Below are positions 19,465 through 29,214 of a stretch of DNA of 48,436 nt, piece by piece (the first letter of the stretch is position 1; each line of letters starts with the position of its first letter). The notes under the pieces were generated by a model. It was not told where the DNA came from. It saw nothing but the letters and a program-made list of their open reading frames with translations, and did not search any database. Source of the DNA: an uncultured Chroococcidiopsis sp. (GTDB lineage: Bacteria > Cyanobacteriota > Cyanobacteriia > Cyanobacteriales > Chroococcidiopsidaceae); the NCBI GenBank assembly GCA_964248365.1, contig CAXTYC010000038.1, positions 1 to 48,436 of the forward strand. The letters are read 5' to 3'. The position numbers and the translations under genes are program-made.

Positions 19465-21138
19465 TCAGCTAGATTGATTTTCGTTGACTATTTCGTTTAA
19501 CGAAGCTTCATCAAGGAGATTCGATCTTGCTCCAAGTTTCTTTGATGCATATAGGGACATAATAAACCCAAAATCAGCACATCTCTCAAGATTTTTTTGT
19601 TCTAATATTCCATATAAAAAACCAGCCGCCAGTGCATCACCAGTACCCGTAGTGTCTTCTGGAATAATTGTTTTAGTTTGCACATTAAATTTATGATTGT
19701 CATGACAAAAAAAGCTTGTGCTAGTATCAACACTACTAGCTACATAAATGTGGTTTTGATATACGTTGTTTGATTTATCTGGTGAATAATCTTTAATAAC
19801 AATAATCATAGGGTGTGTTATCTGGCTGTTAATCCTCCACTCAAAGAACAACTCGACTTTTCTGTCTAAAGATAGCTCTGTTTTACCTTTCTCTATTTTT
19901 TCTATTATCTCAGAACGCTCTAATAGTAGATTTAGTTGTTGAGTATACAAAAACATTATGTGTGTCACTGCTAAAATTCCACGCAGTTGATTGAGACCTT
20001 CTGCAACATATATAGCTCCTGGTGTGAAAGATACTATTATGTTGTCACCCCTAATTTGCTCCAAGATACTTAACTGCAACTCCATTTCAGCTTTCCCAGC
20101 AAATGATGTTAAATGAAGAATTTTCGTTTTTTTAACTTGCGCTACCACCTCGTTTATTTTTTGATAATTATTGATTTTAAGTATGTTTGATAAATAGTTA
20201 TTAATACCTGGAGCTACTAAGATTTGCCTTCTCCCAAAAAACCTTTCAACCAATACTAATGTCTTGCCTGTTTTCGTATCAGAATAAACTAGATCATTTT
20301 CAATAATGAGTAGTTTACTATCCACACCAAATTCATTAAAAGACTCTATTATTTTTTTGCCCTCATTATCATCCTTTACACAACCTACTATGGCAGTTAT
20401 TTTATTTAGTTTTGCTAATCCACAAACTGTATTTGCACCAGAACCTCCTACACAAGAAGATTCACTTATAATTACAGACTCATGCTCTGGCGAAATTATA
20501 TCTACTTTTAGAAAATGGTCGTAATTATTTGCACTTATAGTTATGACATCAATTTCTTTGTTTTTTTGCTCTTTTACTATTTCAATGATTTTTTTGAATG
20601 CATCAAGTTGCACCTGCTTGGGTTCAAGAGGAGGTAACTTTACCAGGTTGCCAAGTTCTGGCTTCACAGCCCGAGGTTGATCGGTTAGGTGGCGGTAGAG
20701 ATCTTCGTAGTCGTCTTCAAGTACATAGCGTGCGGCAATACGAAGCGGGTTGGGAATGCAGCTCAATTCTTGAGAGGAAAACACAATAGGAATAAATTTG
20801 GTGTTTCTCGCCCCACCGTCATAAATTATTTGAGTGATGATTGCTCCTTCCCATCTGACACCTAAGCCCCTTCCGGTTTTCGCTCTGTCTCTGAATCGTT
20901 GCTCATATTCTTCAGTACATACCACCAGAACAAAATCAGCCCACTCAATCTGGTCAATTATCCATCTAGACCAGCCTTGAGAGGGAGCTATCTCATACTG
21001 ATCGATATTGCAATCAACTCCCTCAGCGCGTAGGCGATCGCAAAGTTCTAGTACACGAGCTTTGTGTTGGTTTGAGTCCCAGCTATAGCTGATGAAGACC
21101 TTAGGAGAATAAGAATTTTGGTTAGACGTTTGGTTCAT
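19465..21138 (-). CDS. SEFIR/TIR-domain protein fused to a PfkB (ribokinase-family) domain
   Basis: N-terminal KVFISYSWD...IDQYE...GWSRW...ADFVLVVCT...GVRWEG...KFIPIVF; C-terminal GGSGANT and DTTGTGDALAAGFLYG PfkB signatures. Confidence 0.88.
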   Translation of the reverse strand: MNQTSNQNSYSPKVFISYSWDSNQHKARVLELCDRLRAEGVDCNIDQYEIAPSQGWSRWIIDQIEWADFVLVVCTEEYEQRFRDRAKTGRGLGVRWEGAIITQIIYDGGARNTKFIPIVFSSQELSCIPNPLRIAARYVLEDDYEDLYRHLTDQPRAVKPELGNLVKLPPLEPKQVQLDAFKKIIEIVKEQKNKEIDVITISANNYDHFLKVDIISPEHESVIISESSCVGGSGANTVCGLAKLNKITAIVGCVKDDNEGKKIIESFNEFGVDSKLLIIENDLVYSDTKTGKTLVLVERFFGRRQILVAPGINNYLSNILKINNYQKINEVVAQVKKTKILHLTSFAGKAEMELQLSILEQIRGDNIIVSFTPGAIYVAEGLNQLRGILAVTHIMFLYTQQLNLLLERSEIIEKIEKGKTELSLDRKVELFFEWRINSQITHPMIIVIKDYSPDKSNNVYQNHIYVASSVDTSTSFFCHDNHKFNVQTKTIIPEDTTGTGDALAAGFLYGILEQKNLERCADFGFIMSLYASKKLGARSNLLDEASLNEIVNENQSS

Positions 21139-21239
21139 ATCCTATAGCCTCAGTACTTAGCAATTGCGCTGCTTGAAAAGGTTTATCAGATGTTGGAAAA
21201 GCAATTTGAAAATTAACAGCAAAGACACTTGCTATGTTG

Positions 21240-21722
21240 CTATGTAGTTAAAAGAATCACCAGTGTTATTACCAAAATTACTAAATAAGGAACATTAGCC
21301 CAGGATTTTATAGCATTCTTATATAGTTCCAATGCGCGACTTCTATCCAACTGTTCCGGTGTAATAAAGTTTCCCTTCAAACGTTCCACCTGCTCTAGTG
21401 ACTCAGAGCTAAAGTCATACAGCAACTCTGTCAGTCGGCTAAAATTTTTCCGAAAGCGCTGCTCTAGATAGAGATAGTACGCATCTAAGAAACCTAGTAA
21501 AATTAAGGAAATGATTGCTAAAACAAATAAAAAGTGGGTTTTATTAGTAAAGCCGAACCCCATCAATGTAGTCCAAATCGTTATTCCTAGTTGCTTAATT
21601 GTGAGCGAGTTACTAGCCATCCGACTAATTATAGTTTGTAACATTTCGCTCTGCTTTATTAAATAATCTCGATTTTTATTAACAAAGTCATTCTTGTCTG
21701 CCATAGTTTTTTCTGTTGGCAT
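21240..21722 (-). CDS. Small 3-TM membrane protein, candidate effector partner of SEFIR-PfkB
   Basis: QTIISRMASNSLTIK and LDAYYLYLEQRFR motifs; three hydrophobic segments; co-oriented 101 nt upstream of the SEFIR gene. Confidence 0.8.
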   Translation of the reverse strand: MPTEKTMADKNDFVNKNRDYLIKQSEMLQTIISRMASNSLTIKQLGITIWTTLMGFGFTNKTHFLFVLAIISLILLGFLDAYYLYLEQRFRKNFSRLTELLYDFSSESLEQVERLKGNFITPEQLDRSRALELYKNAIKSWANVPYLVILVITLVILLTT

Positions 21723-22267
21723 TAATAGCTAAAAATCAAAAGAAAATTTTTATGTTATTTATTAGCACAGCCTTGAGCTTGAGAACTGAAATTTATCTTA
21801 CTTAAAAAATAAATTCATCAGTAAGTCAAACATAATGAGTGTTTTAGAAGAACGAATTTTTTTTGAGATAAGAATTTAATCAAAGCTGAAAACTGGCTAC
21901 AATTTATACCAACCAGAGCAGGATTCGAGGATTTTGCATATTGGATGCCAGTGTTACTGAAATCTGAAAACACCAGATATTGACCTTCAAAAAAGTAACC
22001 TCTGAGATTTTGCCTAGACAAGCCTAAAGGCATAACTAATTGCACCAGGATAAGTCTTAATACAAGTACAACAAAGCAGTTTTCGGAAAAGTTAGCTATT
22101 TAACTGAAGCTAGTAGGGGTAAAGGTAGCGAAGTTGCATTCAATAGTTCGCAACTTGCAACAGTTTGTTGGTAATTTAGCGTACCTCTTTTTAGTATTTT
22201 GGCGTACCCCTTCAACGAAGGGAGTTTTGTGATCTAATACAGCACTGTGCCTAAACGAATAGAATAA

Positions 22268-22777
22268 ATGCAGTTATTACCAACGCTATTCGAGGCTGTG
22301 AGAACAGCAACAGATTGTCAAAGCACTCTCACCGCCGCACTTGGTCATGTATGTGAACGCGCGGGCTGGGACTATGGGGAAGCTTGGATTCCTAGCAAGG
22401 GCGGCACAATTCTACAACATAGCTCAGCCTTTTACATCAACACCCATAAAAACAAAGACTGTATTTTGAGGGGAGCAATTTTGGCATTGTAGCCATGCGT
22501 TGATATTGACCCTTTGGTATAGGTTTACCTGGGCGAGAAGAGTTATCGCAGCAACCCCAATGGATTTGTGATGTTTCACAGCTGCTGTGAAACTTATTTT
22601 TTGCGCCATTACATCGCCAAAGCTTACGGCGTTAGAACTGGGTTAGGTATTCCGATTCTTGCCAACAATCAGGTGCTAGCCGTTTTAGTCTTTTTTATGT
22701 TATCTGTTCGCTCAGAAGACAAGGAACTAGTCGAACTCGTCACAGCTGCTGTGACATAACTAGCGAAGGCGTTGTAG
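22268..22777 (+). pseudogene. GAF-domain gene remnant with several frameshifts
   Basis: VCERAGWDYGEAWIP / GIGLPGR / GVRTGLGIPILANNQVLAVLVFF fragments lie in different frames. Confidence 0.7.
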
Positions 22778-22815
22778 TGAACCTTTGCCTCTAACCGCTT
22801 AAATCGATGCTATTA

Positions 22816-23481
22816 TTAAAGACACTCGGACAGCTGCTCTAAGTTTCCCACAACAATATCAGGCTCAATGCCCCATGTATCAAAGACTGTATCGGGCTTG
22901 CGCTTTACCCAAGCTGCCTTCAAACCTGCTGACTTAGCACCAATCACATCCCAAGGATTACTTGACACCAGCCACGTTTGGTGCATTGAGCGGTCAAGGC
23001 GTTGAGCCAGGTAGGCGTAGACTTTAGGATCTGGTTTGAAAGTCTTGAGGTCATCAACACTAACTACACCGTCAAGATGGGGGAGAACGCCTGCTCGTTC
23101 CAAAAGGGTTCGTACCGTCGGTTCTACGCCATTTGAGAAGGCTACTGTTGTGTATCCCTGGGCTTTTAGCGCCTGCAAGCCGGATACCACGTCAGGGAAA
23201 GCCCGCAAGTGCTGGTATTCCTCGATTAGCCAATCCCGATCATTGTCTGAAAGGTCAACCTTGAGAGTGTGCATAGCGAAGACCAAAGCCTGTTTCGTAC
23301 AAACTGTAAAGGTTTCATACTTCTGCATTAGACCTCGCCGAAAAGCATACTCAATTTGCTTTTCGCGCCATATTTGGGCAAAGAGATCAGCTTTTTCTCC
23401 CACTAGCCGACTCAGGTGCTGGTTCATCTCCAAAGGATCAACAAGCGTTCCGTAAACATCAAATGCGATCCCCAAAGACAT
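22816..23481 (-). CDS. Haloacid dehalogenase type II (HAD superfamily)
   Basis: FDVYGTL, FSNG, FKPDP, VSSNPWDV. Confidence 0.92.
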   Translation of the reverse strand: MSLGIAFDVYGTLVDPLEMNQHLSRLVGEKADLFAQIWREKQIEYAFRRGLMQKYETFTVCTKQALVFAMHTLKVDLSDNDRDWLIEEYQHLRAFPDVVSGLQALKAQGYTTVAFSNGVEPTVRTLLERAGVLPHLDGVVSVDDLKTFKPDPKVYAYLAQRLDRSMHQTWLVSSNPWDVIGAKSAGLKAAWVKRKPDTVFDTWGIEPDIVVGNLEQLSECL

Positions 23482-24676
23482 GAAATACCTCTGATGAATA
23501 TCTAATCCCAGCTTGTTTAATTCGATTCAAGGCTTCTTGCAAGCGATCGCACTCGGTAATCAAGCTAATCCTGACATACCCCTCGCCTCCATCTCCAAAA
23601 GCATTACCAGGAGTTACCACTACACCAGTCTGCTGCAAGATGGAAAGGGCAAAATCAGTTGAACGTATTCCAGGTGGACAAGGAACCCAAACATACATTG
23701 TCGCCTTTGTTTTCGGAATATTCCAGCCTAACCCAGCTAATCCTTCAATCAGAAAATCTCGGCGGCGACGGTAGCGATCTTGTACCTGGTGCAAATATTC
23801 ATCTGGTAGTTGCAAAGCAGTTTCAGCCGCTGATTGTAACGCGGCAAAAATGCCATAATCCAGATTTGTTTTAAGTGTCCGCAATCCTTGAATAATATAG
23901 CTGTTACCAACTACAAACCCCACCCGCCAACCTGCCATATTATAGGTTTTGGACAAAGTATGAAACTCGACACCAATTTCTTTTGCCCCTGGAATTTCTA
24001 GTAAGCTGGTAGGTTGATAACCATCAAAAGCTAACTCGGCATAACACAAGTCATGCACTAGCAAAATTTCGTATTTGCGCGCAAAGGCGACGATTTCCGC
24101 AAAAAATTCGCGGGGGGCTGTTGCGGCGGTAGGATTGCTGGGATAATTAAAATAGAGGATTTTTGCTTGTTCGGCGACAGCATCAGGTATTGCTGCTAAA
24201 TCGATTAGCCAATCATTTTCTGGCTTGAGAATCAAGCTATGAACTTTACCACCAGCAATCAAAGGACCGCGAAAATGGGCTGGATAGGCGGGGGAGGGGA
24301 CTAATACCAAATCACCAGGGTTGATGTAGGCGATCGCTAGATGTCCTAGTCCTTCTTTTGAACCGAGTAGGGGTAATGCTTCGCTATCAGGATCGAGGCT
24401 AACTCCATAGCGGCGCTGATACCACTGAGTAATCGCACGGCGGAAACTAGCAGTACCTTCAAAAGGTGGATAACCGTGATTGGATGGATTTTTTAGCGCG
24501 GCGATCGCTGCTTCTACCACTGGTTGAGGTGTCGCCCCATCAGGATTTCCCATCCCCAAATCAATTAAATCCAGCCCTTGTTCCCGCGCCCTAGCTTTTA
24601 ACTCATCTAGACGGGCGAACACATACTGTGGTAGGGTTTGTATACGTTCAGCCGGACTAATCCAATCCAATCTCAT
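23459..24676 (-). CDS. PLP-dependent class I/II aminotransferase (aspartate/LL-DAP aminotransferase-like)
   Basis: DLGMGNPD, NYPSNPT, HDLCY, TLSKTYNMAGWRVG. Confidence 0.92.
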   Translation of the reverse strand: MRLDWISPAERIQTLPQYVFARLDELKARAREQGLDLIDLGMGNPDGATPQPVVEAAIAALKNPSNHGYPPFEGTASFRRAITQWYQRRYGVSLDPDSEALPLLGSKEGLGHLAIAYINPGDLVLVPSPAYPAHFRGPLIAGGKVHSLILKPENDWLIDLAAIPDAVAEQAKILYFNYPSNPTAATAPREFFAEIVAFARKYEILLVHDLCYAELAFDGYQPTSLLEIPGAKEIGVEFHTLSKTYNMAGWRVGFVVGNSYIIQGLRTLKTNLDYGIFAALQSAAETALQLPDEYLHQVQDRYRRRRDFLIEGLAGLGWNIPKTKATMYVWVPCPPGIRSTDFALSILQQTGVVVTPGNAFGDGGEGYVRISLITECDRLQEALNRIKQAGIRYSSEVFHVFGDRI

Positions 24677-25842
24677 TAAACAACCTCTTGATTGATCGTG
24701 CTGGCACTGACGGAATTATGAATGTCTTTGCCATCAGTGGGAACAGTGGTTGAAACCATCGCCGCCATCAGTTGCTCAGTCACAACTTGAAAAGGTAGCC
24801 GATGAATGTCCGAATTTGGTCTTAAAGCAATTTCCGCCGCTTGTTGCAGCTGTGCTAGGGTAATCTCACCCAACCCCAAATCTGCCAAAGTTTGCGGCAA
24901 TCCTATTTGGGCATAAAATTTTAACAGTTGCTGTCTTGACATCGTAGCAAGTTGGTTTCCCTGCACCATTTCTTCTAAACGCAGTTGCACGAGGATACCA
25001 TAAGCTACTTTTTCACCGTGTATGCTGCTGTGAATTGGTAGGTGAGTTAAGCCATTATGAACAGCATGAGCTGCTACTGTACGACATTGCGCGCCCCCTA
25101 GTCCACCAATCACCCCAGCAAGCATTACTGTGGCATCAACAACTTCTCGCCATACAGCGCTTCCAGGTTCAGAGAGGGCGGCGGCTGATTTTTGCAAGAG
25201 AATATCTCTAAGTACTCGTGCTTGTTGCACGGCGGCAATGATCAGGGTTTGATCCGACTGTCCACTGCTGACAGAAGCTTCATACCACTTGGCGATCGCG
25301 TCCCCAATTCCTGCTACCAAAGTATGTTGAGGAGCAGTTTGAATTAACTCATAATCGAGTATGAGCAGATCGGGACAGCGATCCAAACTTACATCATACA
25401 AGAAAGCCCCTTGCTCAGAATAGACATTAGAAAGGGCTGTCCAAGCGGCACAAGTAGCGGCTGAGGTGGGAATTGTTACAGCTGGTAAATTGCACTGATG
25501 TGCTAGCAATTTAGCTGCATCGAGTGCCTTACCTCCACCTACACCAATAATTAGATCGGCTTGGTGATCTGTCACTGCTTGTCTTAGAGATGCTAATCCA
25601 GCTTCACTACAATCACAACCGTAGGATGAAGAGGCAAATTTTAGTTTTTGCTGTTCTAGAACTGGTTGCAAACGTGGTAGGGTAATGGCGAGGGTGGGAT
25701 CGCCTCCGACTACAAGCGGACGACTGCCCAAACGGGCGATCGCTAATCCCGCCTGTGTCATTGCTTGAGAACCACGAATTACCCGTCCTGGGGCGACACT
25801 CAGAGAAAGCATTGCGTCAGTAGCTGGGAATGGTTGATTCAT
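24676..25842 (-). CDS. Iron-containing alcohol/glycerol dehydrogenase family protein
   Basis: GVGGGKALDAAK, PTSAATCA, GIGDAIAKWYE, AHAVHNGL, HGEKVAYG; true start probably ATG 25842. Confidence 0.9.
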   Translation of the reverse strand: MNQPFPATDAMLSLSVAPGRVIRGSQAMTQAGLAIARLGSRPLVVGGDPTLAITLPRLQPVLEQQKLKFASSSYGCDCSEAGLASLRQAVTDHQADLIIGVGGGKALDAAKLLAHQCNLPAVTIPTSAATCAAWTALSNVYSEQGAFLYDVSLDRCPDLLILDYELIQTAPQHTLVAGIGDAIAKWYEASVSSGQSDQTLIIAAVQQARVLRDILLQKSAAALSEPGSAVWREVVDATVMLAGVIGGLGGAQCRTVAAHAVHNGLTHLPIHSSIHGEKVAYGILVQLRLEEMVQGNQLATMSRQQLLKFYAQIGLPQTLADLGLGEITLAQLQQAAEIALRPNSDIHRLPFQVVTEQLMAAMVSTTVPTDGKDIHNSVSASTINQEVV

Positions 25843-25909
25843 TAGATGTAAATTTATAACACAAAAACAGGTGACGACTGTTAATTGGGAACGTGGTAAT
25901 TGGTAGTTG

Positions 25910-26103
25910 GTAGGGGCGCACTTCAAACGAGTTATTTGTTCTGTTGAAAAGTTGGGGGAGAGGGGGAAACAGAGTCTCTGTCTTGACTCGCTTGGGGGGG
26001 GCATGGGGTTTTCTCTGGGGATGGGGGGCAGGCGGGGAGACCCCTTGCTAAAAACCCCCACTTTCCGCTTGTTCACAAGTATGTCTGATAAACCCGCGCG
26101 TAC
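25910..26103. repeat. GC-rich REP/MITE-like insert with G-tracts
   Basis: GTAGGGGCGCA...CCCGCGCGTAC ends, inner IR 25946-25958/26055-26065, GGTAGTTGGTA at both borders. Confidence 0.5.
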
Positions 26104-26135
26104 GGTAGTTGGTAACACCCATTACCTATTACCTA

Positions 26136-26654
26136 TTACCCATTACCTGCTTGCTTTGGCAGCAAGGCTAGGTTTTCTGGAAACATATCAATTTCCATTT
26201 TGTCATCGTTTCGATTGACGAGCGATCGCTTGATCTGACTTAGGTAAAGTGGCTTTGTGATGCCTGGTTCTGGATGAATATTTGTCCGCACTCGGATCGT
26301 TAGCTGATTTTCACCAAAACGACCGTAAGAAAACAAATCGCTAGCTGCTTGCAGCATAGTCGCTTGCAGTTCTTCCTCAGTAATTTTTGGCGGTACAGCA
26401 ATTACTACTTGCGTTCCTCCAGTGTCATGTACCAGCGAGTACCGCAACGCCCCTGGAATGGTAGTGCGGGTAAATGGCACAAAGCCCAGAGTAAATAATC
26501 CGGCTGTTAATACTCCTAAAAATCCAGTGGCTCCGACTAGTCGAAACCGGAAATCCCATTTGAAGATGAAGCCGAGTACAGTTATGCCAGCGAATAATAG
26601 TGTAGTGATACCTACCCACTGGGCAATGGTGAGAAAATCATCTGTGCTTAGCAT
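26136..26654 (-). CDS. ycf51: Ycf51 family protein
   Basis: FRFRLVGATGF...TLGF, GGTQVVIAV, LQAASDLFSYGR. Confidence 0.85.
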   Translation of the reverse strand: MLSTDDFLTIAQWVGITTLLFAGITVLGFIFKWDFRFRLVGATGFLGVLTAGLFTLGFVPFTRTTIPGALRYSLVHDTGGTQVVIAVPPKITEEELQATMLQAASDLFSYGRFGENQLTIRVRTNIHPEPGITKPLYLSQIKRSLVNRNDDKMEIDMFPENLALLPKQAGNG

Positions 26655-26665
26655 TGTCTGATTAA

Positions 26666-27142
26666 TTACTCGTTTTCCTTACTGACAAACCCATCTGTTT
26701 TAATATCCTTGGATGATTCCAAAGCAGCTTTTAAGGTGTGCCAGGTGAGATTAGCACACTTGATTCGTACAGGAAATTGTGCAACTCCTGCCATTACGTT
26801 GAGTTTGCGTAGTTCTTTGGGGAATTCATCAGTGCCTTTCATCATGCTTTGGAAACGTTGCACCATAGCTAGTGCTTCCTTGACAGATTTACCTTTTAGT
26901 GCATCTGCCATCAAGTCAGCCGAAGCCATAGCGATCGCGCAGCCTTCTCCTTCAAACTTCACATCTTCGATAGTGTCTCCGGTTTGATTCAGCCGCACTG
27001 TCAATTCAATTGTGTCACCACAAGATGGGTTGTGTCCTCGTTGATGCCGATGCACCGGATCAGTTTTTCCCTTATGGCGTGGTTTTTTATAGTGTTCTAA
27101 AATCACCTGCTGATACAGGTCGCGTACATTGCTCAAAGTCAT
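26666..27142 (-). CDS. sufU: SUF-system NifU/SufU-like Fe-S assembly protein
   Basis: LYQQVILEHYKKP, NPSCGD, GCAIAMASA, RIKCANL. Confidence 0.9.
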   Translation of the reverse strand: MTLSNVRDLYQQVILEHYKKPRHKGKTDPVHRHQRGHNPSCGDTIELTVRLNQTGDTIEDVKFEGEGCAIAMASADLMADALKGKSVKEALAMVQRFQSMMKGTDEFPKELRKLNVMAGVAQFPVRIKCANLTWHTLKAALESSKDIKTDGFVSKENE

Positions 27143-27332
27143 AATTAAAATGATTAAAACTTATTTACCTATCTTTACTCTAGAAGCTAACTTAACTTTT
27201 TTACCAGGGCAAGTGTTGCGTAGATTGGCAGCGTTAAGAGTGCAAAGGAACGCTCGGTCGTTAGACACGCTACCTTTGTGCGATAAATAGTTGAGGAAGG
27301 AAAAAGGGAAAAGGGAAACAATTATCAATTGT

Positions 27333-28010
27333 TCATTGTTCATTCCTCCCTCTGCTCCCCTGCCCCCTGCCCCTGTGCTCCCTACTCCCTATGCAGGTCA
27401 ACTCCAGACTTCGCCACAGATACCAGGATGCAATTGTACGATAAGGCTTCCACTGTTGCCCCAGCTTCTCTACAGTCTTTTTGTCGGGCAGTTCCTTCAA
27501 ATTATAAACACGGCGAATACCAGCACGAATACCTAAGTCGTCAACAGGTAGCACATCGAGGCGATGCAAACGGAAGATAAGCAACATTTGCACACTCCAG
27601 CGTCCGATTCCTTTGACTTGTGTTAGTATCTTGATAATAGATTCATCGTCCATTGTCTCCAGCTCACTCAAGGAAGGCAACCCCTGCAATACCTTTTGAG
27701 CCAAGTCTTTCAGGTACAAGATTTTAGAGCGTGAGATTCCAGCTTGGCGCAATGCTTCCTCTGGAGTGTTAAGGATATTTGATGCGGTGGGAACCGTGTC
27801 AGGGTAAAGTTTGAGAAACCTTAGATGTATAGCTGTAGCTGCTTTAGTAGAGATTTGCTGATGAATAATTGCTCTTGAGAGGGAAAATAGCAAATCTCCA
27901 TTTTGCTGTACCAGGTAGAGTTTGCACTCACCTACTTGCTCAATCAGGAATCCCAGGGTGGGATCAGACTGCTTTAATGTAGCGATCGCCAGCGAGTAAT
28001 CCATGATCAA
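27333..28010 (-). CDS. DNA-3-methyladenine glycosylase (AlkA/HhH-GPD family)
   Basis: IIHQQIS, VKGIGRWS, LPVDDLG, WKPYRTIASWYLW; the C-terminal tail is read through STRR repeats. Confidence 0.9.
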   Translation of the reverse strand: MIMDYSLAIATLKQSDPTLGFLIEQVGECKLYLVQQNGDLLFSLSRAIIHQQISTKAATAIHLRFLKLYPDTVPTASNILNTPEEALRQAGISRSKILYLKDLAQKVLQGLPSLSELETMDDESIIKILTQVKGIGRWSVQMLLIFRLHRLDVLPVDDLGIRAGIRRVYNLKELPDKKTVEKLGQQWKPYRTIASWYLWRSLELTCIGSREHRGRGQGSRGRNEQ

Positions 28011-28165
28011 TTAGCGGGCGCGCGGTTAGCAAAAGAGTGCAAAGAGTGCAAAGAGTGCTGAATCCATAGTTTCTAACTTTTTGGTATTTTTAATACGATA
28101 GCGTGTCAATTGTATTGCTAAAAGCTAAAAGCTAATCGCTAATCGCTAACAGCTAAAATTAACGA

Positions 28166-28678
28166 ATGTTTTCCAACCCAGGCTGGCTACAAGCAATTTT
28201 AATTTTTCTTATTTTAACAGTTTTTTATATAGAGCTTTCATGGCTTGCTGTGCAACTCGATACTCAACAGAAACCGCAACCGTTGTCAATTGGGGCAAGA
28301 ATTCAAGTTGCAGGGCAAATCATTTACCTTGAAGTGCCTCAAACCGCAGAGCAACAAATTAAAGGATTGATGTATCGAACAGTTATACCTAGAAATCGCG
28401 GCATACTGTTTGAATTTACACCTGCTCAATTAGTTCAACTATCAATGCAAAACATTCTTATTCCACTGGACATGATCTTTCTCAAAGATGAGCAAATCAA
28501 GCTAATTAATATAGCTGTACCTCCCTGCAATGACAATATTTGTCTTACCTACAGATCCGACACAGCGGTCGATCAGGTGATTCAATTGGGAGGAACAAGG
28601 ACATTAGAACTTGGTTTAAAGATAGGCGATACTCTGACAATTCAATTTTTAGCTCCCGAAACCAGACTGTACAAATAA
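28166..28678 (+). CDS. DUF192-family exported protein
   Basis: N-terminal hydrophobic segment, KGLMYR, PLDMIFL, PPC...C. Confidence 0.85.
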   Translation: MFSNPGWLQAILIFLILTVFYIELSWLAVQLDTQQKPQPLSIGARIQVAGQIIYLEVPQTAEQQIKGLMYRTVIPRNRGILFEFTPAQLVQLSMQNILIPLDMIFLKDEQIKLINIAVPPCNDNICLTYRSDTAVDQVIQLGGTRTLELGLKIGDTLTIQFLAPETRLYK

Positions 28679-29214
28679 CTTGCCTTTTAAACTATCCTCA
28701 AAAGAGGTCTCTGTAACTTTTACAAACTAATTATAAAATCGTAAATTATTAAATCAAAAACAATAGCTTTTAGTTTTAACTGTTTAGAAAAGGTAGTAAA
28801 TAGTTAAGAACACCCCCCCTAAAAACGGTTAAAAAATTATTAACAGGAGAAGATATGCTGTCTGTATTACAACAAAAGCGCTGGAAACTCTCAGCTAATA
28901 GCGCTTTATGCTTATTTTTTCTGTCTATTGGTTTGTTCCTACTTCTAATTCACGCTCATTTCAAGCAACAACTACAAACTGTACCTATAGCAAACCTAAA
29001 TGATTCATGAAATATTCCCTGATGGTTGTCCTTTGATAAAAGCTATTAGCTGGCGCGCTATTAGCTGTTAGCTTTTTGTTGTTTGTTTACAAATCTTAAC
29101 CAATGACCAATGACGACCCTAGTCCAATAGGGGAAAATTGGGTTAATTTCGAGAAGGAGTTGATTTGCTGTAGCTCGGCTCATCTAATCAGGGTTTCAAG
29201 TAGGAGTAAGCAGT

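Noticed and set aside
21818..22045. 75-aa ORF upstream of the 3-TM gene as a third system component
   Set aside because: No recognisable motif, non-ATG start, AT-rich; cannot be supported, though not excluded.
25843..26118. 92-aa Pro-rich N-terminal extension of Fe-ADH
   Set aside because: Read-through of a GC-rich repeat insert; ATG 25842 gives a normal-length protein.
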